Positions 37,172-47,056 of a stretch of DNA of 64,000 nt are shown here, piece after piece (the first letter of the stretch is position 1; every line of letters begins with the position of its first letter). The notes beneath the pieces are model-generated. The model saw only the letters and a program-made list of their open reading frames with translations, was not told the DNA's origin and made no database searches. The stretch comes from an uncultured Clostridium sp. Its GTDB lineage: Bacteria > Bacillota_I > Bacilli_A > RF39 > UBA660. The position numbers were made by a program, and so were the translations under genes. The DNA lies in contig CAZBAZ010000003.1 of assembly GCA_964490375.1 (NCBI GenBank), forward strand, positions 1,448 through 65,447, in the 5' to 3' direction.

Positions 37172-37603
37172 TTAATGTGTTGCGTTATATATACTTTTGT
37201 CTAAGTACCAAATTCCACTATGTGTTGCGCCACATGGTGAAGACGTGTTGTTTTTAAGATTTAAATCGTATGCACCTATTGCTGTTGTTTTACTATTATT
37301 TCCCCAAGTTCCTGAATTTCCTTTGTTAGATAATGTTATATAGCTAGAATATCCATTTGCTTCAGAATATACCCTTACTCTTACTCCATTTTCATTTCCT
37401 GTGCACTTATTAATTGTTCCTGTGTTCTCATAATACTGATAATTATTTTCAGTCTTTGTTTGAGGACCTCTTTTTACTTTTCCTTGTAATGCTGGTAAAT
37501 CAACACCACTATATCCATGAGAATTTCCATATGCATCAACAGAAATGTTTGATAAAATTAAAGTTACCGCAAACGCTAGCAAAGTTATTTTTAAATACTT
37601 CAT
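37172..37603 (-). CDS. secreted Gly/Asn/Ser/Tyr-rich protein (candidate antimicrobial protein), unknown family
   Basis: MKYLKITLLAFAVTLILSNISVDA|YGNSHGYSG... has a Sec signal. The mature part is ~117 aa with two Cys. The start at 37603 has AAAGGAG upstream. The gene sits at the head of the ABC-2 cluster. Confidence 0.5.
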   Translation of the reverse strand: MKYLKITLLAFAVTLILSNISVDAYGNSHGYSGVDLPALQGKVKRGPQTKTENNYQYYENTGTINKCTGNENGVRVRVYSEANGYSSYITLSNKGNSGTWGNNSKTTAIGAYDLNLKNNTSSPCGATHSGIWYLDKSIYNATH

Positions 37604-37867
37604 TAAAACTCCTTTCTTTGCTTTCTCTATCTCAATATTAATATAATTTCTTTTATTATACATTTTTTTGTCATAAAACACTATATTTATGTCATTAAAT
37701 ATAATTTTGTTATGTCACTAAATTATTTTTAAAAATTTTATAATATAAATTCAACAAAGTTATAGAAAAATATTTTTTTATATTGACAACTAAAATAAAA
37801 TTTGATAGCATTCATGTCATGCTGTTAATTTATTAAATGATGTGACACTTATATTTAGGGAGGAATT

Positions 37868-39910
37868 ATGAATTTAAGTGAGGAAGAATATTTAAAAGAA
37901 AAAGGACATCTTGAATTAACTATAAAACTTTTACGAAAAAACATATCAGATTTAGCTCAAGATTTGTATGACAGCGAAGAAAAACAACAAGAATTTAAAA
38001 AGTATTTATGGGATACTAAAAGTGAATTAGATCCAACTGAAATGAAAACAATCATGTCTAATAATAATCAAGAAATTGATAATTTAGAGATGAAAGCAAA
38101 ATATTATAGAAAACTATATAAAATTCAAAACTCACCATATTTTGCAAAGATTGATTTTGAAGATGATGAAACAAGAAAAGATATTTATATTGGTCTTACT
38201 TATTTAACTAAAGATGATGATAATATTATTTATGATTGGAGAAGTCCTGTAGCTAGTGTATTTTATGATTATGAAGGGGGAGATTGTAGTTATGAAGCAC
38301 CTGGTGGTACTATAAAAGGACACTTATATAATAAAAGACAGTTTACTATTGAAGACGCTAAAATTGTTAGAGTTTTTGATTCTAAATTAAATGTTCAAGA
38401 TGAATTATTACAAGAAGTATTATCAAAAAAAAATAGCGAATATATGAAAAATATAGTTAATACTATTCAAGCTGAACAAAATGCAATTATAAGAAATGTT
38501 AAAGATAGAAATTTAATTGTTCAGGGAATTGCTGGTTCTGGTAAAACTAGTGTTGCATTACATAGAATAGCATTTTTACTATATAAAATTAAGAATTTAA
38601 CAAGTGATAAAGTATTAATATTTGCGCCCAATAAAGTGTTTAGTGAATATATATCTAATGTACTTCCTGAATTAGGTGAAGAAAATACTAAAGAAACAAC
38701 ATTTAGTGATTTCTTTGAAACATATATAACAGAATATAAAAATATAGAATCATTTACTTCATTTATTGAAAGATATTATAAATATGAAGAAACACAAACT
38801 GAATTGATTAAATTTAAACAATCAGATGAAATAATACCAGTATTAGAAGAATACATTAAAAATTATTCTAGTAAGGCAATATTTACAAGTGTAATATTTA
38901 ATAGAGAATTATATGTAGAAAAATCAAAACTAAATTATTATTTAACTCGAAGATACTCTTCTCTACCTTTATTTGAAAGACTTGATGAAATATCATTGAA
39001 AATTGCTGAACAAGAATTTAGAAATAATAAATCTAAAGCAAAACAAGTTAGAAAATGGCTTAAAGAAATACTTAATATTTCTGTTGATCCTAAAGAAATA
39101 TATAAAGGATTTTATAAAAGTGAAGAATTTAAGAATGCTTTTCATAGAGAAATTCCTGATTCTTATTTAGATAAACTTGATGGAAAAGATATATCTTATG
39201 AAGATGCTTGCTTATTTGTTTATATGAAAAGTCTGTTATGTTTCTTAGGAAATGATTATCAAATCGAACAAACTATTATTGATGAAGCTCAAGATTATAG
39301 TAAACTTCAATATATATTATTAAAGAAAATACTTAAGAAAAGCAAATTTACTATATTGGGAGATATAAATCAAACTATTAACCCTTATTATGAATATAGG
39401 AGTTTAGAAGATTTAAAAAGTATATTTACTGATGGTTCAAATTATATTGAATTAACTAAAACATATCGTTCAAGTCCAGAAATAATTGAACATGCTAATA
39501 AGATACTTGGATTAAATTTAGTATCGGCTATTAGAAGAGACACAAGTATTCCGGTTGAATTTAGAAATGAAAATATTTTAAAAGAACAGTTGATGAATGA
39601 TATAGAAGCATTAAAGAAAAATAATAAAAGTATTGCTATTATTACAAAAACAGATGTTGAGGCTGCTGAAATTTACAAATTATTAAAGTGTGACATGAAA
39701 GAGTTAGCCTTTATAAATACTAATACTAAATTTTTTACTAGAGAACTCGTTGTGTTACCATCTTACATGGCTAAAGGATTAGAATTTGATGCTACTATTG
39801 TATATACTAAAAAAGATAATAAATACAATTATAAAGAAAGATACTTATATTATGTATCATGCACAAGAAGTCAACATCATTTAATTATTTATAATCAAGA
39901 TGAGAACTAA
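37868..39910 (+). CDS. helD: HelD-type (helicase IV-like) UvrD-family ATPase
   Basis: N-terminal coiled-coil arm, Walker A GIAGSGKTSVALHRIAFLLY, IIDEAQDY, TKTYRS, and the C-terminal motif YVSCTRSQHHLIIY. SD GGGAGG lies upstream. Confidence 0.8.
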   Translation: MNLSEEEYLKEKGHLELTIKLLRKNISDLAQDLYDSEEKQQEFKKYLWDTKSELDPTEMKTIMSNNNQEIDNLEMKAKYYRKLYKIQNSPYFAKIDFEDDETRKDIYIGLTYLTKDDDNIIYDWRSPVASVFYDYEGGDCSYEAPGGTIKGHLYNKRQFTIEDAKIVRVFDSKLNVQDELLQEVLSKKNSEYMKNIVNTIQAEQNAIIRNVKDRNLIVQGIAGSGKTSVALHRIAFLLYKIKNLTSDKVLIFAPNKVFSEYISNVLPELGEENTKETTFSDFFETYITEYKNIESFTSFIERYYKYEETQTELIKFKQSDEIIPVLEEYIKNYSSKAIFTSVIFNRELYVEKSKLNYYLTRRYSSLPLFERLDEISLKIAEQEFRNNKSKAKQVRKWLKEILNISVDPKEIYKGFYKSEEFKNAFHREIPDSYLDKLDGKDISYEDACLFVYMKSLLCFLGNDYQIEQTIIDEAQDYSKLQYILLKKILKKSKFTILGDINQTINPYYEYRSLEDLKSIFTDGSNYIELTKTYRSSPEIIEHANKILGLNLVSAIRRDTSIPVEFRNENILKEQLMNDIEALKKNNKSIAIITKTDVEAAEIYKLLKCDMKELAFINTNTKFFTRELVVLPSYMAKGLEFDATIVYTKKDNKYNYKERYLYYVSCTRSQHHLIIYNQDEN

Positions 39911-39915
39911 CAAAA

Positions 39916-39945
39916 AGGCACTAGACTATTTCTAATGCCTTTTAT
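39916..39945 (+). terminator. intrinsic terminator after helD
   Basis: AGGCACTAG-actattt-CTAATGCCT (9-bp stem with one mismatch) followed by TTTTATT. It overlaps the stop of the convergent gene. Confidence 0.55.
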
Positions 39946-41210
39946 TCTATATTTAATATATTATTTTTATAATTTAGTATTACGCTATCTTTTAATGTTA
40001 TGATTGGTCTTAAATAACCAGTTATTTCTTTATTAACATTATCTGAAGAATAAAGTTTATTTTTGACTACTGATGAATCATCTATGCCAATTAATCCCCA
40101 CTCTATATTATCTTCTTCTGTGCTAGTATATCTTGTAGATAATAATTCATTTCTAATTAATAATTTATACATTTTTTTATCTTTAAAATTATTTTCTATT
40201 AATGAAGAAGACCAATAGTTATTTATTGTTGTTATGCTTGATGATGTTTCTTTATATGAAGTTAGTTTACTTAATTCAACTGATTCACTTTTATTTAGAG
40301 TTCCATCAATATTTTTATTATTGATAATCACATTTTTTTCTTTTATCCATATAGTTGGATAATATAAGTTATTTTTATACGTTTTATAATTGCTTTGAAT
40401 ATTATAATCCCATACATCAGTATCTAAATATTTTTCTATATCTTCTATATTTAAATTTCTAACATATTTTGAATCATTGCTAGAATATAGTTTATAGCAT
40501 AAATCATTTAACAAATATACTCCATTATTATAACCAATAGAACCATTTAAATTGATTTTGTTTATTGGTTCTTCAGATATCAATGTTATTTCTGCTTTAT
40601 CATTTATGTCTAATATTTGCCAGTTAATGCTTGTTGTTTCTAATTCTATGCTGTTTGAACCAGTATAATCTTTTTCTAATGCTAATGAGGTTTCAATTGG
40701 TTTATATTCTACATAATCGCCAATATTTATTTTATCTTTAATTTCGCTGTCATTATCTGGTTTTACAATATCATCTAGTGTATTTGTTATATAACCGCTT
40801 TGTATGTCAAATATCAATGTTTCTTCTGATTCACTTTTATTTATTACAAATAATTTAATATTATTTATTTCATTATTTGATATTTTGCCTGATACATTTC
40901 CATTTAGAAGAAATATAATTATGTTTTTATTTTCATTATAAAAAAGTTTGAAATAATTTTCTTTTTCATTTAGTGAAGTCATAGATATATTTAATACACT
41001 ATTGCCTGATGGAATTGTTATCTCATTTGTTTCTTTGCTATTTATTGTAAATTTATAGTTTAACTTATTTACAAATATTTCAGCAACTCTATTTGATGGT
41101 GATTCATAAATAAATTTTGAATATGTTTTTCCAAATGAAAAGCAAACAATAACTAATATTATTGCTAGAAATATAAAATATATTCTTTGTACTCTATTTA
41201 TATTTTTCAT
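39942..41210 (-). CDS. secreted/anchored protein with TasA-like signal region, unknown function
   Basis: 422 aa. The N-terminal anchor IYFIFLAIILVIVCFSFG is followed by KTYSKFIYESPSN..., and the remainder is Asn/Ile-rich and beta-type (...INWQILDINDKAEITLISE...). Confidence 0.5.
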   Translation of the reverse strand: MKNINRVQRIYFIFLAIILVIVCFSFGKTYSKFIYESPSNRVAEIFVNKLNYKFTINSKETNEITIPSGNSVLNISMTSLNEKENYFKLFYNENKNIIIFLLNGNVSGKISNNEINNIKLFVINKSESEETLIFDIQSGYITNTLDDIVKPDNDSEIKDKINIGDYVEYKPIETSLALEKDYTGSNSIELETTSINWQILDINDKAEITLISEEPINKINLNGSIGYNNGVYLLNDLCYKLYSSNDSKYVRNLNIEDIEKYLDTDVWDYNIQSNYKTYKNNLYYPTIWIKEKNVIINNKNIDGTLNKSESVELSKLTSYKETSSSITTINNYWSSSLIENNFKDKKMYKLLIRNELLSTRYTSTEEDNIEWGLIGIDDSSVVKNKLYSSDNVNKEITGYLRPIITLKDSVILNYKNNILNIE

Positions 41211-41245
41211 ATTAAGTTCATTATATCATAACCATATTTTTTTTA

Positions 41246-41277
41246 AAACAAAAAAGCCTAAAATTATTTAGGCTTTT
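41246..41277 (-). terminator. intrinsic terminator downstream of tuf
   Basis: Minus strand: AAGCCTAAAtaatTTTAGGCTT followed by TTTTGTTTT. Confidence 0.7.
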
Positions 41278-41298
41278 ATAGTAATTTATGAAAACAAA

Positions 41299-42468
41299 TT
41301 ATTCCATAATTTCTGATACAACACCAGCACCAACAGTTCTTCCACCTTCACGGATTGAGAAGTTAGTTCCGTTTTCAATTGCAATTGGAGCAATTAATTC
41401 AACTGTCATATCAACATTATCACCAGGCATAACCATTTCAGTTCCTTCTGGTAATGTAATTACACCAGTAACATCAGTTGTTCTGAAATAGAATTGAGGT
41501 CTATAATTACTAAAGAATGGAGTATGTCTTCCACCTTCTTCTTTAGATAGAACATAAACACTAGCTTTGAATTTCTTATGTGGTGTAATGCTTCCTGGTT
41601 TACAAAGAATTTGTCCTCTTTCAACATCTTCTCTATTGATACCACGAAGTAAAACTCCAGCGTTATCTCCAGCTTCAGCATAATCTAATGATTTTCTGAA
41701 CATTTCGATACCAGTTACAACTGTTTTTCTTGTATCTTTTAAACCAACAATTTCAACTTCATCGTTAAGATTTAATTTACCTCTTTCAACACGACCTGTA
41801 ACAACAGTTCCACGTCCTGTGATTGTAAATACATCTTCGATGCTCATTAAGAATGGTTTATCTGTATCTCTTTGAGGAGTATCAATCCATGTGTCAACAG
41901 CAGCCATTAAATCCTTAATAGGTTGTACCCACTTGTCGTCTCCTTCAAGAGCTTTAAGAGCAGAACCACGAATTACTGGAGTATTATCTCCATCAAATCC
42001 ATATTCTGTTAATAATTCACGAACTTCCATTTCAACTAAATCTAAAAGTTCTGGATCATCTACCATATCACATTTGTTAATGAATACTACCATTTTTGGT
42101 ACACCAACTTGACGTGATAATAAGATGTGTTCACGAGTTTGAGGCATTGGTCCATCTGTAGCAGAAACTACTAAGATAGCTCCATCCATTTGAGCAGCAC
42201 CTGTAATCATGTTTTTAACATAATCAGCATGTCCTGGACAGTCAACGTGAGCATAGTGACGTTTGTCAGTAGAATACTCAACGTGAGCAGTATTAATAGT
42301 AATACCTCTTTCTCTTTCCTCTGGTGCTTTATCAATTTGGTCATAAGCCATGAATTCACCAAAATATTTAGTAATTGCAGCAGTTAATGTTGTCTTACCA
42401 TGGTCAACGTGTCCAATAGTACCAATATTAACATGCTCTTTAGAACGGTCGAATTTTTGTTTTGCCAT
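41299..42468 (-). CDS. tuf: elongation factor Tu
   Basis: [18 protein letters not shown] and NKCD motifs. Full-length alignment-quality sequence, 389 aa. Confidence 0.98.
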   Translation of the reverse strand: MAKQKFDRSKEHVNIGTIGHVDHGKTTLTAAITKYFGEFMAYDQIDKAPEERERGITINTAHVEYSTDKRHYAHVDCPGHADYVKNMITGAAQMDGAILVVSATDGPMPQTREHILLSRQVGVPKMVVFINKCDMVDDPELLDLVEMEVRELLTEYGFDGDNTPVIRGSALKALEGDDKWVQPIKDLMAAVDTWIDTPQRDTDKPFLMSIEDVFTITGRGTVVTGRVERGKLNLNDEVEIVGLKDTRKTVVTGIEMFRKSLDYAEAGDNAGVLLRGINREDVERGQILCKPGSITPHKKFKASVYVLSKEEGGRHTPFFSNYRPQFYFRTTDVTGVITLPEGTEMVMPGDNVDMTVELIAPIAIENGTNFSIREGGRTVGAGVVSEIME

Positions 42469-42566
42469 TTTCTATTTCCTCCTTTTTTTCAATATAAATA
42501 TATTTTATCTAATACTTGAATTATTTTCAAGTACAAATAACTAAATTGGCAATATTTAGTGTACTA

Positions 42567-44639
42567 TTATTGTACACCATTTTTCTTAATAATATCTTCA
42601 GCTATACTTCTAGGTACTTCTTCATAGTGATCGAAGATCATTGTATAAGTACCACGTCCTTGAGTGTTACTTCTAAGAACTGTCATGTAACCGAACATTT
42701 CAGATAGTGGAACCATAGCTTTAATGCTTATGTCTCTACCACGAGATTCATTTCCAAGAGGTTTTCCTCTTCTAGAAGTTAAATCTCCCATTACTGTACC
42801 CATGAATTCTTCAGGAACAACTACTTCAACATCCATAATTGGTTCTAAAATACATGGATTACATTTATTTTTAGCTTCTTTTAAAGCCATAGAAGCTGCG
42901 ATTTTGAATGCCATTTCGTTTGAGTCTACATCATGATAAGATCCATCGAATAATGTACATTTAACATCGATCATTGGGAATCCAGCAAGTACGCCACCAG
43001 CTAGAGCTTCTTGTAATCCTTTGTCAACTACAGGAATGTATTCACGAGGAACAACTCCACCTACTACTTCGTCAACAAATTCATATCCCTTATCAGGATT
43101 TGGTTCAAATTTAACCCAAACATGTCCGTATTGTCCACGTCCACCTGATTGTTTAATATATTTACCTTCACATTCAGCAGCATTTTTAAGAGTTTCTCTG
43201 TAAGCAACTTGTGGTTTACCAACATTTGCTTCTACACCGAATTCTCTTTTCATTCTATCTACTAATACGTCTAAGTGTAACTCACCCATACCAGCGATAA
43301 TAGTTTGACCAGTTTCATGGTCAGTTTTTGCTCTGAATGAAGGGTCTTCTTTAGCTAATTTTTGTAAAGCTAAACTCATTTTTTCTTGATCTGCTTTTGA
43401 TTTTGGTTCAATTGCTAATTCGATAACTGGTTCTGGGAATACCATCTTTTCTAAAATAACTTGATGTTTTTCATCACAAAGTGTATCTCCAGTTGTTGTA
43501 TCTTTAAGACCTACAGCAGCAGCAATTTCTCCAGCATATACTTCTGCAATTTCTTTTCTTTGATTAGCATGCATTTGAAGAATACGTCCAATTCTTTCTT
43601 TTTCTCCAGTAGTTGAGTTCATAACATAACTTCCTGATTTTAGTACACCAGAGTATACACGGAAGAATGTTAAGTTTCCTACGAATGGATCATTCATAAC
43701 TTTAAATGCTAATGCACTGAAAGGTTCACTATCACTAGCTTTTCTTTCAATTGGATTGTCATTTAAATCTACTCCTTTAACAGCTGCAATATCTGTTGGA
43801 GCTGGTAAATAATCTATAACTGCATCCATTAATGTACGAGTGCCTTTGTCTCCTAGAGCATCTGCACATAGAATTGGGAAGAATTTAACATCTAATGTTG
43901 CTTTTCTAATGGTAGTTTTTAATAAATCTACACTTATTTCGCTTCCTTCTAAATATGCTTCCATTAATTCATCAGAATAATCAGCTACTGCTTCAATTAA
44001 TTTACCTCTATATTCTTCAGCCTTATCAACTAAATCTGCTGGAATTTCAGTCTCACTTAAGTTTTGAGCTGCTGTTCCATCATAATTATATGCTTTCATT
44101 GTAACTAAATCTACATATCCAGTAAAATGATCTTCTGCTCCGATTGGTAACATAATTGGTTGTGCACTTTCAGATAGTCTATGGTGAATTGAATCTATTG
44201 AATAATAGAAGTCAGCTCCCATTTTTTCCATCTTGTTAGCACAAATCATTCTTGGAACCATATAGTCATTTGCTTGTCTCCAAACTTGTTCAGTTTGAGT
44301 TTCTACTCCTGCTTGAGCATCTATTAATGCAACTGCACCATCAAGAACTCTTAAACTACGAGCAACTTCGATTGTGAAGTCTACGTGTCCCGGAGTATCT
44401 ATGATATTGAATCTATAACCTTTCCAATGTACTGTAGTTGCAGCACTTGTAATTGTTATACCTCTTTCTTTTTCTTGCTCCATCCAGTCCATTTGAGAAG
44501 CTCCATCATGAGTTTCACCAATTTTATGGATGTTTCCACCTAAATATAGGATTCTCTCAGTAGTTGTTGTTTTACCAGCATCAATATGAGCCATGATTCC
44601 TAAATTACGTGTTTTTTCTAATGATACATCACGTGCCAT
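42567..44639 (-). CDS. fusA: elongation factor G
   Basis: [23 protein letters not shown] and NKMD motifs. 690 aa. Confidence 0.98.
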   Translation of the reverse strand: MARDVSLEKTRNLGIMAHIDAGKTTTTERILYLGGNIHKIGETHDGASQMDWMEQEKERGITITSAATTVHWKGYRFNIIDTPGHVDFTIEVARSLRVLDGAVALIDAQAGVETQTEQVWRQANDYMVPRMICANKMEKMGADFYYSIDSIHHRLSESAQPIMLPIGAEDHFTGYVDLVTMKAYNYDGTAAQNLSETEIPADLVDKAEEYRGKLIEAVADYSDELMEAYLEGSEISVDLLKTTIRKATLDVKFFPILCADALGDKGTRTLMDAVIDYLPAPTDIAAVKGVDLNDNPIERKASDSEPFSALAFKVMNDPFVGNLTFFRVYSGVLKSGSYVMNSTTGEKERIGRILQMHANQRKEIAEVYAGEIAAAVGLKDTTTGDTLCDEKHQVILEKMVFPEPVIELAIEPKSKADQEKMSLALQKLAKEDPSFRAKTDHETGQTIIAGMGELHLDVLVDRMKREFGVEANVGKPQVAYRETLKNAAECEGKYIKQSGGRGQYGHVWVKFEPNPDKGYEFVDEVVGGVVPREYIPVVDKGLQEALAGGVLAGFPMIDVKCTLFDGSYHDVDSNEMAFKIAASMALKEAKNKCNPCILEPIMDVEVVVPEEFMGTVMGDLTSRRGKPLGNESRGRDISIKAMVPLSEMFGYMTVLRSNTQGRGTYTMIFDHYEEVPRSIAEDIIKKNGVQ

Positions 44640-44654
44640 AAGTGTTCTCCCTTC

Positions 44655-45122
44655 TTACCATCTGTAATGAGCATATGCTTTGTTAGCTTCTGCCATCTTA
44701 TGTGTATCTTCACGTTTCTTAACTGCTCCACCGATACCGTTTGAAGCATCTATAATTTCAGCTGCTAATTTTTCAGCCATTCCTCTTCCGTTTCTATTTT
44801 TAGCATATTGAATTAACCATCTAAGCATTAAAGCATTAGCTCTATCTTCTCTAACTTCCATAGGTACAGAATAGTTACTTCCACCAATTCTTCTACTCTT
44901 TATTTCTAAAGCTGGTTTGATATTCTCAAATGCTTGATTTAAAACTTCTAAAGGATCTTTATTTGTTTTTTCTTTAACTATATCAAGTGCATTGTATAGT
45001 ATTTTTTGAGCAGTTCCTTTTTTACCATCTAACATAATTCCATTGATTAATTTAGTAATCATTTTAGAATTATATATTGGATCTGCTAAAACATCTCTTT
45101 TTACTGCTTGTCTCTTACGCAT
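44655..45122 (-). CDS. rpsG: 30S ribosomal protein S7
   Basis: [27 protein letters not shown]... ending ...AYAHYRW. Confidence 0.95.
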   Translation of the reverse strand: MRKRQAVKRDVLADPIYNSKMITKLINGIMLDGKKGTAQKILYNALDIVKEKTNKDPLEVLNQAFENIKPALEIKSRRIGGSNYSVPMEVREDRANALMLRWLIQYAKNRNGRGMAEKLAAEIIDASNGIGGAVKKREDTHKMAEANKAYAHYRW

Positions 45123-45145
45123 GTTTCTTTTCTCCTTTCTTAGAT

Positions 45146-45562
45146 TTATTTATTTTTAGGTTTCTTAGTTCCGTATTTACTTCTACCTTGTCTTCTCTTA
45201 TCAATACCAGCTGTATCTAAAGTACCACGAACAATATGATAACGAACACCGATTAAGTCTTTAACACGACCACCACGAATTAAAACAACACTATGTTCTT
45301 GTAAGTTGTGTCCTTCACCACCAATATAGCAAGTAACTTCATATCCATTACTTAATCTAACTCTAGCGATTTTTCTTAAAGCTGAGTTTGGTTTCTTAGG
45401 TGTTTTAGTAGAAACACGAGTACAAACGCCACGTTTTTGTGGTGAACAATTATTTGTTTTAAGTTTATCTTTAGAGTTGTATCCAACATTTAATACTGGA
45501 CTCTTACTCTTTTTAACTTTATGTCCTCTACTCTTTCTAACTAATTGATTAATTGTAGGCAT
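45146..45562 (-). CDS. rpsL: 30S ribosomal protein S12
   Basis: [10 protein letters not shown]...[10 protein letters not shown]...VRYHIVRG. Confidence 0.95.
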   Translation of the reverse strand: MPTINQLVRKSRGHKVKKSKSPVLNVGYNSKDKLKTNNCSPQKRGVCTRVSTKTPKKPNSALRKIARVRLSNGYEVTCYIGGEGHNLQEHSVVLIRGGRVKDLIGVRYHIVRGTLDTAGIDKRRQGRSKYGTKKPKNK

Positions 45563-45653
45563 ATTTTTTCTCCTTTCCTAATACACATTTCCAGGTGTAT
45601 CAAAATCACTATTTTTTTAAGTTTTCTACGTGAGAAAACCCGAAATCTATTTG

Positions 45654-45682
45654 ATTTTATCATTAAAAAAAATCAATGTCAA
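45654..45682 (-). promoter_or_regulatory. sigma-A type promoter of the str operon
   Basis: Minus-strand TTGACA (45677-45682), a 17-nt spacer, then TAAAAT (45654-45659). An AT-rich hairpin plus T-run just upstream could terminate tlyA transcripts. Confidence 0.6.
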
Positions 45683-45718
45683 CTAAATTCGATTGATTTT
45701 TTTGTTTTTTTATTATTT

Positions 45719-46492
45719 TTACTCAAATGCTTTATTTATTATACTATTTATAGGCAAACTTTGAGATTCTTTTCTTGTAAAATAAGCCAAGTATTCTATG
45801 TTTCCATCTCCACCTTTTATTGGAGAATTTGTAAGTTCTTTCAAATTAAAATTTATCATTTTAAATGATTCTATTACTTTATTAATAACATCTTTATGTA
45901 CTTCTTTATTTAATGGAATTCCTTTATATTTATTTGCTATTTCTATTCCACATTCAAATTGTGGTTTGATTAAACAAATTATTTCTTCCAAATTATTAAG
46001 TTGTCCTAATTTGTTTGTTAATTTAGTAACTGATATAAATGATACATCTATTGTTGCAATATTTGCATCTTTAATAATATTGTTATTTATTTTTCTAAAA
46101 TCTGTTTGTTCATATAAATTAATTTTATTATTTTTTAATAAACTTTTATTAAACTGATCAGTGCCAACATCTATAGCATATATTTTATTTATTCCATTTT
46201 GTAATGCACAATCACTAAATCCACCAGTAGATGAACCTATATCTATCATAATTTTACCATTTAATGAAATATTAAATTCTTTAATAGCCTTTTCCAGTTT
46301 TAATCCACCTCTTGATACATATTTTAATGTACTACCTTTTATCTCTATTTTATCTTCATCATTAACTTCAAATGAACATTTTGTTACGTTTTTGTTATTG
46401 CAATATATAATTCCTTTTTTTATTTCGTTTTGAGCTTTACTTCTACTTTCAAAGAAACCTCTATTAACTAGTTCTATGTCTATTCTTGTCAT
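45719..46492 (-). CDS. tlyA: TlyA-family rRNA 2'-O-methyltransferase
   Basis: S4-like N-terminus (MTRIDIELVNRGFFESRSKAQ) and an FtsJ-type SAM motif, VSRGGLKLEKAI...IDIGSSTGGFSDCALQNG...AIDVG. Confidence 0.8.
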   Translation of the reverse strand: MTRIDIELVNRGFFESRSKAQNEIKKGIIYCNNKNVTKCSFEVNDEDKIEIKGSTLKYVSRGGLKLEKAIKEFNISLNGKIMIDIGSSTGGFSDCALQNGINKIYAIDVGTDQFNKSLLKNNKINLYEQTDFRKINNNIIKDANIATIDVSFISVTKLTNKLGQLNNLEEIICLIKPQFECGIEIANKYKGIPLNKEVHKDVINKVIESFKMINFNLKELTNSPIKGGDGNIEYLAYFTRKESQSLPINSIINKAFE

Positions 46493-46500
46493 ACTGCCTC

Positions 46501-47043
46501 TTATTTACAAGTAGTAGTTTCACTTGCATCAAATCCTTCTACATATATGCTTGCTTCTAAAGACTTACCTAACATATCTATTTGATTTTCATTTTCATCA
46601 TAACTTATCCAAATATATAATGTGTAATTATTAGTTATATTACTTTCTATATATTCACTTTTTAATAACAATTTATCACTTGCATTTTCAAAATTACCAT
46701 AAACTTCTTCATTATCTTTTATAAGAATATATTTTAAATATTTACTTTTAAGTTCTTCATCTATACTATTTAATTTCAAATATATTTTAGAACAAGCATT
46801 TAGATTTTCTTCATTTGTAATAGAGAATTCTTTTTTATATGAAGTAATATAATTTGAATCATACACAGGTAATAAGTCATCTATATTTACACTATTATCA
46901 CTTATTTTTAATTTTAAACTTCCTGTATTTATATTTGTTTTATTATCTCCATTTTTTATTATGTTTGCTCCAAAATATGCGAATGATATAGATAATATTG
47001 ATAAAACTAATACTAAAATAATTAAAATTAAATATTTTTTCAT
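46501..47043 (-). CDS. TasA/CalY-like (SipW-type signal) secreted protein
   Basis: MKKYLILIILVLVLSILSISFAYFGANIIKNGDNKTNINTGSLKLKISD parallels the Bacillus CalY/TasA N-termini (...GGGTFAYFSD...N.F..GTLDL...). 180 aa. Assignment by eye. Confidence 0.45.
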   Translation of the reverse strand: MKKYLILIILVLVLSILSISFAYFGANIIKNGDNKTNINTGSLKLKISDNSVNIDDLLPVYDSNYITSYKKEFSITNEENLNACSKIYLKLNSIDEELKSKYLKYILIKDNEEVYGNFENASDKLLLKSEYIESNITNNYTLYIWISYDENENQIDMLGKSLEASIYVEGFDASETTTCK

Positions 47044-47056
47044 ATATCTCCTTAGA

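Noticed and set aside
37172-37603. Assigning the secreted 143-aa protein to the lactococcin 972 family because of the neighbouring ABC/membrane genes.
   Set aside because: The mature sequence lacks the Lcn972-type N-terminal GG.W.YG pattern and overall resemblance. The associated membrane protein is also much smaller than the DUF1430-type partner. I kept it only as an unclassified candidate.
45545-45868. 107-aa plus-strand ORF spanning the rpsL start, the str promoter region and the tlyA 3' end.
   Set aside because: It overlaps two well-supported minus-strand genes and their promoter, and its translation is low complexity.
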